Shown here: positions 56,998 through 64,000 of the stretch, piece after piece | Position numbering within the stretch: the first letter of the stretch is position 1 | Layout: each line of letters opens with the position of its first letter | Source: Sedimentisphaeraceae bacterium JB056 | GTDB lineage: Bacteria > Planctomycetota > Phycisphaerae > Sedimentisphaerales > Sedimentisphaeraceae | NCBI GenBank assembly: GCA_044440125.1 | Contig: JBITAJ010000028.1 | Location: 160,001-224,000, forward strand | Reading direction: 5' to 3' | Length of the DNA stretch: 64,000 nt | Program-made: the position numbers and the translations under genes | The notes under the pieces: model-generated | What the model was told of the DNA's origin: nothing | The model's database searches: none | What the model saw: the letters and a program-made list of their open reading frames with translations, nothing else

Positions 56998-58179
56998 ATG
57001 ATTCCACAAGAAGAACTCAAAAATAGACTCGACAATCTGCGTAACAGACTCAACACCTATTGCCCGCAATGGGAAATTGCTGTTATCACGCAAAAAGTAT
57101 CCCTCTACTATCTCACCGGAACAATGGCATCCGGCACTTTATGGATAGAAAGAGATGGACGAGCATCCTTTTTCGTGCGCCGCGGCTACGAGCGTGCAGT
57201 CATTGAGTCAAAGTTCCCGGATATGCGCCGCATGAACAGCTTCCGTGACATGGCCGCAGATGTAAACAATACATCCAAAAGTGTATTGCTGGAAAAGAAT
57301 TCCATGCCATTGTCATTCTTTGAGCTTTTCAACAAGTATTTCAATTTTGAGACTATCGGCTCTCTTGATTCCCACCTGATGGCGATCAGGGCAGTCAAAA
57401 GCCCTTTCGAAATCAATCGAATAAGAAAAGCAGGTAAAATCCATGCACTCGTACTCGAAGAACTCGTACCCAAAATGCTTAAGGAAGGAATGAGCGAAGC
57501 AGAGCTTTCATCAACACTTCTCAAAACTCTAATCGACAATAATGCCCACGGCATAGCAAGATTGAATATGCACGATATGGAGTTTCTGCTTGGATATGTA
57601 GGCTTCAGCGAAAACAATCTTATGGTTACAAACTTTGACGGCCCTGACGGCAACACAGGTCTCCATCCTTCTGCTCCGTTTATGGGCAGTCGTGACAGGA
57701 AACTTAAAAAAGGCGATATCATATTCATTGACATCGGTTGCGGCTACAAAGGCTACCATACAGACAAAACCAGCGTCTACGCTTTCGGCAAGGCACCATC
57801 ACAAGAAGTGGTCGATATCCACAATAAATGCGTAGATGTAATGAACAAAACTGCCGCAATGCTAAAACCAGGCAATATCCCCTCACAAATATATGAAAAT
57901 ATAATGGCCGGTCTTGACGATGAATTCAAAACCAATTTCATGGGTATCGGCAACTCTGCGGTCAAGTTCCTCGGCCACAGCATCGGACTTCACATTGACG
58001 AAATGCCGGCAATAGCCAAAGGCTTCGATGAGCCGCTTCAGGAAAACATGGTAATAGCCCTCGAACCTAAAAAAGCTATCGAAAATATAGGCATGGTAGG
58101 CACGGAAAACACATTTATAGTAACACCCAATGGCGGCCAGCTCGTAACAGGCTCAAAACATCAAATAATAGTAGTTTGA
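56998..58179 (+). CDS. M24 (Xaa-Pro) peptidase-family protein
   Basis: RAVKSPFEI, DIG..GYHTD, GHSIGL, ALEP, TENT metal ligands. Confidence 0.88.
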   Translation: MIPQEELKNRLDNLRNRLNTYCPQWEIAVITQKVSLYYLTGTMASGTLWIERDGRASFFVRRGYERAVIESKFPDMRRMNSFRDMAADVNNTSKSVLLEKNSMPLSFFELFNKYFNFETIGSLDSHLMAIRAVKSPFEINRIRKAGKIHALVLEELVPKMLKEGMSEAELSSTLLKTLIDNNAHGIARLNMHDMEFLLGYVGFSENNLMVTNFDGPDGNTGLHPSAPFMGSRDRKLKKGDIIFIDIGCGYKGYHTDKTSVYAFGKAPSQEVVDIHNKCVDVMNKTAAMLKPGNIPSQIYENIMAGLDDEFKTNFMGIGNSAVKFLGHSIGLHIDEMPAIAKGFDEPLQENMVIALEPKKAIENIGMVGTENTFIVTPNGGQLVTGSKHQIIVV

Positions 58180-58423
58180 GACCCTGTAAACAGCCATCTT
58201 TCAAGATACACCCCCTGCACATCAAAACAAAAGTCCTGTTTTGAGTCCAATTTGTCCTATTTTAACTTTGCTTACCCCCCTTCATAGTATATAATACAAG
58301 CTTTAGAGTATGTATTTGCAAATAAGTTACGAACTTTACGAGCAGCCGAACATTAATTTCGTATACGCTATTGGCACAGTTTTATTAAAAAGTACTTTCG
58401 TTGTATTTTAGTGGGGCAGAATC

Positions 58424-60454
58424 ATGAAAAAAGGTATAAAACATTACTCAATCAACTTAGTGGTGTCAATATTGTTAGTAATCTTCTTACACTTGACAAT
58501 AAGCACTGTATCAGCAGGAATCATTGTAACCCCATCATCTCTGACCTTTGACTGCAACAGCGTTACAACCACTGACATAACCCTGAAATCAACAAGCGAA
58601 CCAATCCTGATATCAACGTCAACGACATCTGTAACAGAATATCAGGATCTGTCCTATGTTCCTGCCCGAAAAATTATAAGTAAAGACAAGATAGATACCG
58701 AAATATCAACAAACACCACCACTGAAGTAATGATTACATTGAAAACCTCTGCACTGAAAACTCAAGCGAAATCAAAGGCACAGAGGATTCAGAATGCCCA
58801 ATTCGAAATGCACAACCAGCTTGCAAATTTCAATGCCAAAACAAAACATATGATGGAAAATATTCCGGTAATAAGTGCAGAAATTGATGCAGAAGCTTAC
58901 GAATTCTTAAAAACTTCACCTCTTGTAGCATCTGTTGAAGCTGTTCTTACGGTAGAGCTTCACACATCCCAGGGTATACCACTCATGGATGCAGATGTAT
59001 ACAGACCGGTATTCGGCGGCAGCGGCGTAGCCGTAGCGATAGTGGATTCAGGAATAGACTACACCCACCCGGCACTGGGCAACGGCTCCTTCCCAAATGA
59101 TAAAGTACTCGGCGGATACGACTTCGGTAATAATGATGCAGACCCAATGCCCGTAGGAACCATAAGTGGCGTATCTCACGGCACAAACTGCGCCGGCGTT
59201 GCTTGCGGCGATATCACAGCATACGCCGATTACATAGGCGGCGTGGCTCCCGAAGGCAAACTATATGCTCTTAAAATAATGGCAGACAACTCAACCTCCG
59301 GCTCAACAACTGCAATCGCATCGGCAATCGACTGGTGCGTATCTCACCAATATGATGACCCTAACAACCCAATACTCGTAATAAACATGAGCGTCGGCGG
59401 AGGTGAATACGCAAGCGAATGCGACAGTCTCTCTTCGGGAATAACAAACGCCGTCAATGCTGCAACCGCCGCAGGTATTACCGTACTCTCAAGCAGCGGT
59501 AATGATGGATACTGCGATGCAATGGGGCTTCCCGCATGTATATCAAACGTAATATCAGTAGGAGCAGTATTTGACAACAACATAGGTACAGTAGGTTTCT
59601 GCCTCAGCGACAACAGCTGCATAGGTACGGTGTCAGCAAGTTGCTCCTCTCCAAATTCCAAGCTCCTTTACACCGCAACGTCTGCCGACCAGGTTACATC
59701 GTATTCCAACAGCTCCTCACTCGTTGACGTACTCGCATCAAGTCATAACGCGTATACCACTGATATAAAAGGAGTATCAGGGAGCAGCGTAGGTGACTAT
59801 TACGGCTCTTTCGGCGGTACATCTGCCGCTTGCGCATATGCATCCGGAGCAGTGGCGAGCCTTCAAAGTGCGGCTAAAGACTCGTTGGGAAGATTCCTGA
59901 CTCCGGATGAAGTTCGACAGATTCTATCAGACAACGGCCAACCGATAACCGATACTAAAAACGGTATAACGACACCACGAATAAGTGTTGCAAATTCAAT
60001 AGAAAACCTCGATATCTACAGCGGCCAGCTGGTTACCATCGAAAACGACAGCCGTTTCTCTGCTGACATAAGCAGCATAACACACCCTTCATGGATAACA
60101 TTGAGCCAGGCAGCTCCTTTAAGCATTGGCGGCTATGGTTCAACGACTCTTTACGTAGATGCAAGCTGCGAAACATGTAATTACGAGCCGCTGAATGATG
60201 CAATAACGATCTCAGGTACTTCTCGCAATTCCAGTTTCAGCGAAAACATAGATGCAACACTCAATTGCCCGCTGTGCCAGTACAGTGCCAACCTGAATGC
60301 AGGCTGCGAAGTAGACATACTTGACCTCTCTATTCTGGCAAATTGCTGGCTCAGCAGTGATTCGGCATGTGATGCGGCAAATATTGACGGCACATTCCCG
60401 GTAGACCAGCCCGACCTCTCCATAATGGCAGGCCAATGGCTTGAAGGAAAATAA
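58424..60454 (+). CDS. Secreted S8 subtilisin-like peptidase with Ig-like and dockerin-like C-terminal regions
   Basis: Signal peptide; VDSG, HGTNCAG, SSGN, GTSAA; tail ANLNAGCEVDILDLSILANCWL..ANIDG..VDQPDLSIMAGQWL. Confidence 0.92.
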   Translation: MKKGIKHYSINLVVSILLVIFLHLTISTVSAGIIVTPSSLTFDCNSVTTTDITLKSTSEPILISTSTTSVTEYQDLSYVPARKIISKDKIDTEISTNTTTEVMITLKTSALKTQAKSKAQRIQNAQFEMHNQLANFNAKTKHMMENIPVISAEIDAEAYEFLKTSPLVASVEAVLTVELHTSQGIPLMDADVYRPVFGGSGVAVAIVDSGIDYTHPALGNGSFPNDKVLGGYDFGNNDADPMPVGTISGVSHGTNCAGVACGDITAYADYIGGVAPEGKLYALKIMADNSTSGSTTAIASAIDWCVSHQYDDPNNPILVINMSVGGGEYASECDSLSSGITNAVNAATAAGITVLSSSGNDGYCDAMGLPACISNVISVGAVFDNNIGTVGFCLSDNSCIGTVSASCSSPNSKLLYTATSADQVTSYSNSSSLVDVLASSHNAYTTDIKGVSGSSVGDYYGSFGGTSAACAYASGAVASLQSAAKDSLGRFLTPDEVRQILSDNGQPITDTKNGITTPRISVANSIENLDIYSGQLVTIENDSRFSADISSITHPSWITLSQAAPLSIGGYGSTTLYVDASCETCNYEPLNDAITISGTSRNSSFSENIDATLNCPLCQYSANLNAGCEVDILDLSILANCWLSSDSACDAANIDGTFPVDQPDLSIMAGQWLEGK

Positions 60455-60472
60455 CAACAAAAAAACACATCA

Positions 60473-60500
60473 GTAGAGACGCGATTAATCGCGTCTCTAC
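60473..60500. repeat. GTAG-type REP-like perfect palindrome
   Basis: GTAGAGACGCGATTAATCGCGTCTCTAC is a perfect 28-bp palindrome beginning GTAG. Confidence 0.75.
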
Positions 60501-60582
60501 GAAACACAACACATACAGACAGCAAAAATATACATATTTTCTTACTTTATTTGCATTCATTTTCACCCTAAATCGTGTATAT

Positions 60583-60610
60583 TAACAGTAATAATCACAT
60601 ATTACTGTTA
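60583..60610. promoter_or_regulatory. Inverted repeat (candidate operator) upstream of the GH151-like gene
   Basis: TAACAGTAATA-atcaca-TATTACTGTTA directly after TATATT (60578). Confidence 0.45.
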
Positions 60611-60665
60611 ACATAGAAGATGAAATCAGTTTAAAATACATAAAAAAGGGTAAAAGGATAGCACA

Positions 60666-62693
60666 ATGGTCAAAGACTTAAGGTTTAGGCAGATACATCT
60701 GGATTTTCATACATCAGAAAACATTCCCGGAATCGGTAAACAATTTGACAAAAAAGATTTCCAGCAAACATTGCTTGATGCTCATGTTGATTCGATAACA
60801 TGTTTCTCAAGCTGTCATCACGGCTGGAGCTATCATCCTACGAAAGTAGGGAAGATGCATCCCAATCTCGACTTCGACTTACTTGGCGCACAGATAGACG
60901 CCTGCAAAGAAGTAGATATAAATGTGCCGGTTTATCTCACTGCCGGAGTGAACAATGTCGCAGCAGATGAGCATCCAGACTGGCGGGAAATCGACCACAA
61001 TGGTCAATATCTGGGCTGGGCAAAAAGCATACTTGAGCCGGGCTTCAAAATGCTATGCTTCAATTCGCCATACATTGAGCATCTATGCGAAATGATAACC
61101 GAGGCCCTCGAACGCTACCCAAACTGTGACGGGATATTTCTCGACATAATCAATCAGGGCAAATGCTATTGTAAATACTGCATGGAAGTAATGGAGAAGA
61201 ACGGCCTTGACCCTGCAAATGAACACGACAGCCAAAAATGCTCAGAGCTTGCACTCGAACGTTACTATAAAATGACAACAGAGACGGTACGCAATTTCGA
61301 TTCAAAAATGCCTATCTTCCATAACAGCGGACATATCAGAAAAGACAAACCGCAGCTTCTGGATTATTTCAGCCACCTCGAAATGGAATCACTGCCAACC
61401 GGCGGCTGGGGTTACGACCACTTCCCGATGTCGGCAAAATACGCCATGAACGGTAAACATCAGTATCTGGGTATGACAGGCAAATTCAACACCACATGGG
61501 GCGAATTCGGAGGATTTAAACATCCCAATGCTTTGATATACGAAACAGCCGCAATGCTGGCATTCAATTCCAGATGCTCAGTCGGTGACCAGCTTCACCC
61601 ATCGGGCAAAATCGACAAATCAACTTACGATCTTATTGGAAAAGCTTACGAACAGGTAGAGAAAAAAGAAGCCTGGTGCAAAGACACTAAAAATGTAGCT
61701 GAAATCGCACTTATCAACGAAGAGGCGACAAACAAACTCGCATTCAATTCACGAAGCGATTCAGGAGCAGATACAGGTGCCGCAAGAATCCTGCTTGAAA
61801 GCCACTACCTCTTCGACTCCATCAATGACCAAACGGATATATCTCCTTACAAATTAGTTATACTGCCGGACAATATCAATGTCAGCGAAAAATTCAAAAC
61901 TAAAATAGACGCCTATCTCCAATCCGGCGGCAAAATAATACTGACAGGCCAGAGCGGTTTCAGCAATGACAATAAACCGCTATTCGATATAGGCGCCGAG
62001 TGTTCGCAGACAAGTGAGTTCTGCCCCGACTATATCTTGCTAAATGATGATATCAGTCCTGACTTTGTAAAGACTCCGCTTGTAATGTACATGAAAAGCA
62101 AACGGATAAAAGTCACAAATGGCAAGTCAATCGGCAAAGTATACGACCCATATTTCAACCGTGAGGCAAAGCATTTCTGCAGCCATCAGCATACACCTTA
62201 TAAGACAGAGGACTCCGGCTTTGACTGTGGAGTATTAAATGGTAACATACTGTATCTGGCACACCCTGTTTTCAGTATCTACAGATGGTACGGAGCTGTC
62301 GCCTACAAACAATACGTATGCAATTGCATAGACATGCTGTTGAATGGCGACAAGTCATTCAAAACAAATCTGCCATCATCCGCACGCGTCTCTCTAATGG
62401 ACCAGAGTGAAAACAACAGACTTGTGCTCCACCTTCTCTACGCGGAAAAATCATGCCGCGGCGGAGCAATGCAGTTTGAAGGCGGCAACATCAGAGCTAC
62501 CGGACAAATCGAAATCATCGAAGACCTAAACCCACTATATAATGTAGAGGTAGAGCTTAAAACTGATAAGCAGGTTAAGTCGGTATTCCTACAGCCGGAA
62601 AATAAACAGATTGATGCAGTAATCGAAAACGGCAAGGTAAAGTTCAAATTGGATTCATTCACATGCCACGCAATGATTGAAATGAACTACTAA
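60666..62693 (+). CDS. GHL6/GH151-like glycoside hydrolase (possible alpha-L-fucosidase) with trimerisation-type domain
   Basis: RFRQIHLDFHTSE, CHHGWSY, DGIFLDI, HLEMESLPTGGWGY, GKF.TTWGEFGGFK, GDQLHP. Family assignment is from recall of this motif set. Confidence 0.7.
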   Translation: MVKDLRFRQIHLDFHTSENIPGIGKQFDKKDFQQTLLDAHVDSITCFSSCHHGWSYHPTKVGKMHPNLDFDLLGAQIDACKEVDINVPVYLTAGVNNVAADEHPDWREIDHNGQYLGWAKSILEPGFKMLCFNSPYIEHLCEMITEALERYPNCDGIFLDIINQGKCYCKYCMEVMEKNGLDPANEHDSQKCSELALERYYKMTTETVRNFDSKMPIFHNSGHIRKDKPQLLDYFSHLEMESLPTGGWGYDHFPMSAKYAMNGKHQYLGMTGKFNTTWGEFGGFKHPNALIYETAAMLAFNSRCSVGDQLHPSGKIDKSTYDLIGKAYEQVEKKEAWCKDTKNVAEIALINEEATNKLAFNSRSDSGADTGAARILLESHYLFDSINDQTDISPYKLVILPDNINVSEKFKTKIDAYLQSGGKIILTGQSGFSNDNKPLFDIGAECSQTSEFCPDYILLNDDISPDFVKTPLVMYMKSKRIKVTNGKSIGKVYDPYFNREAKHFCSHQHTPYKTEDSGFDCGVLNGNILYLAHPVFSIYRWYGAVAYKQYVCNCIDMLLNGDKSFKTNLPSSARVSLMDQSENNRLVLHLLYAEKSCRGGAMQFEGGNIRATGQIEIIEDLNPLYNVEVELKTDKQVKSVFLQPENKQIDAVIENGKVKFKLDSFTCHAMIEMNY

Positions 62694-62743
62694 GTACAAA
62701 AACAGGGGCTGTTCATTTAACTGCCTAAACCGAAAAGCATTGA

Positions 62744-62794
62744 GCAAGGGACGGTTTTAGATTAGTTCTATAATTAATCTGTAACTGCCCCTTG
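62744..62794. terminator. Long imperfect hairpin between convergent genes
   Basis: CAAGGGACGGTT-TTAGATTAGTT..AATTAATCTG-TAACTGCCCTTG followed by a T-rich run. Confidence 0.6.
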
Positions 62795-62810
62795 TTTCTT
62801 TGTTTCTCAG

Positions 62811-63230
62811 TCAGTCATAAATACCATTTGTTTCCGGTTGATATAATATCTGGTCAATTTTTAATCTACGTAAACCGGCAGGCACTATCGCATCTACGTT
62901 ATCACCTGCTCCATATCCTAACACCGCTATACCAATAGGACTCAACACAGATATTTTATAATCATCAGAATCAGCATCCCATGGATATACCAGCTGAATA
63001 AACATTTCTTCTTCAGTTTCAATATTTTTAAGTTTTGCTGTACTGTTCATTGTTATTATTTTTTGAGGAATCTGCTCAGCATCAATAATTTCAGCTCTCC
63101 CAATTTCCTCTTTGAGTAATAGAAGATTCTTTTTATCTTTTGAGGAAGAACTCAAAAAATCATTAACCATTTTAATAAGCTTGCCACGATCAGACTTTGT
63201 TAGATAAATTTGGTCTTTTTGTTTTTTCAT
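62811..63230 (-). CDS. rnk: Rnk (GreA/GreB C-terminal family, nucleoside diphosphate kinase regulator)
   Basis: ITMNS, LVYP.DAD, ISVLSPIG.AVLG, ILYQPE. Confidence 0.88.
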   Translation of the reverse strand: MKKQKDQIYLTKSDRGKLIKMVNDFLSSSSKDKKNLLLLKEEIGRAEIIDAEQIPQKIITMNSTAKLKNIETEEEMFIQLVYPWDADSDDYKISVLSPIGIAVLGYGAGDNVDAIVPAGLRRLKIDQILYQPETNGIYD

Positions 63231-63332
63231 CTTAATTTTACCCTCTTTAATTTTAATATTACAAGCCCCTGTTAAAAGTCTTGCTTACCTTGCAATCAAG
63301 GATTTTGATTTAATTTTAATTTAAAAATGCGC

Positions 63333-63356
63333 AAAAAAAAACCGGCGTAAACCGGC
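63333..63356 (-). terminator. Intrinsic terminator inside the rnk 5' leader
   Basis: Minus strand GCCGGU-UUAC-GCCGGU followed by U8, about 100 nt upstream of the rnk start. Confidence 0.6.
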
Positions 63357-63775
63357 ATTCATAAACATACTTTTTTTATCAGCCGGAAATCACTGGAATA
63401 AAACTGCGCGTAAGCGAACAGATTCTAAAATTGCTAATATAGATCTTACGGCAGTATGTTTTTATTTAATTCTCTCTGTTGTTTTGTTTAATTATATCTG
63501 CAAAAATATCAGATTTCACTATTACTATATATAGCACAAAAAAATAATAAGTCAATAGCCCCAGATTAAAATGAATAGGCAATCTTAAGATCAGAGTAAA
63601 ACAGCAACAAAACCTAATACTATCGATTTAAGAATAGCAAAAACAAACTTGCTTAAATCATTGCTTTACAATACAATAATTTACTATAATACAAAAGCAC
63701 GGTTGTAATAGTACCCTCAACACATCTTTCATATATGGGAGCAGGGTTAATAAATAAATTAAAGGGGATTGGTAA

Positions 63776-64000
63776 ATGCAGCTAACATTGAACAGATCTT
63801 CAGTTGTTAATGTATTGGCAGATTTACAATCTGCCGTAGATAATGGTCTGAACAACGGTAGATTTATGCTTTGCAATCACAGATTAAGATACCGGGTAGA
63901 TCAGCGGAAGAAGATTGTTGAATTTGAAGTTATCAGACCGATGATGCGGGAGTATCGTATTAAGGGTGAAATAAGCAAAGCATCACACAACAGTTATAAT
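63776..64000 (+). CDS. Hypothetical protein, 3'-partial (absent from the ORF track)
   Basis: AAAGGGGA RBS, then MQLTLNRSSVVNVLADLQSAVDNGLNNGRF..., open to the window end. Confidence 0.55.
   Translation, partial: MQLTLNRSSVVNVLADLQSAVDNGLNNGRFMLCNHRLRYRVDQRKKIVEFEVIRPMMREYRIKGEISKASHNSYN

Noticed and set aside
63658..63876. 72-aa minus-strand ORF
   Set aside because: Overlaps a better-supported plus-strand ORF with an RBS starting at 63776.
1..64000. CRISPR arrays, tRNA/rRNA genes, transposases, integrases, prophage or defence genes
   Set aside because: No regularly spaced repeats, cloverleaf-like sequences or matching protein motifs were seen by eye; tRNAscan or CRISPR finders would be needed to exclude them formally.

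Overview
A 64-kb bacterial chromosomal window. Inferred origin is an anaerobic Planctomycetota member, likely Phycisphaerae/Sedimentisphaerales-like, based on 'AFTLIELLVVISII' prepilin-type proteins, secreted LamG/'YYWRVDE' proteins with C-terminal DxNxDC..WL tails, IorAB and rubrerythrin. About 1-36.7 kb is a carbohydrate-utilisation island made of two minus-strand loci of parallel design with no SusC/SusD or TonB receptor. Each locus has a prepilin-type protein, a secreted non-catalytic dockerin-tailed protein followed by a stem-loop, a pair of paralogous sialidase-fold hydrolases (one Lys-poor, one Lys-rich) and a Na+/solute symporter. Between them lie cytoplasmic GH1, GH127, two dehydrogenases and an isomerase-aldolase-kinase cassette. 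Three AraC-type regulators are spread across the island. About 36.9-64 kb is mostly core or metabolic: rsfS, argS, rubrerythrin, an ECF sigma/anti-sigma pair, a Co/Ni ECF transporter, nnrE, an OmpA-domain lipoprotein, prepilin peptidase, murB, murC, a hybrid kinase, iorAB, M24 and S8 peptidases, a GH151-like hydrolase and rnk. The most striking non-coding signal is a ~100-nt element present twice (27407-27506 and 39786-39888). It has a conserved minus-strand fold and an identically spaced -10 box in front of two unrelated genes. A candidate attenuator upstream of rnk, a GTAG-type REP palindrome and two heptamer inverted-repeat arrays are also visible. No tRNA, rRNA, CRISPR array or transposase was recognised. 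All calls were made by eye, with no database searches.
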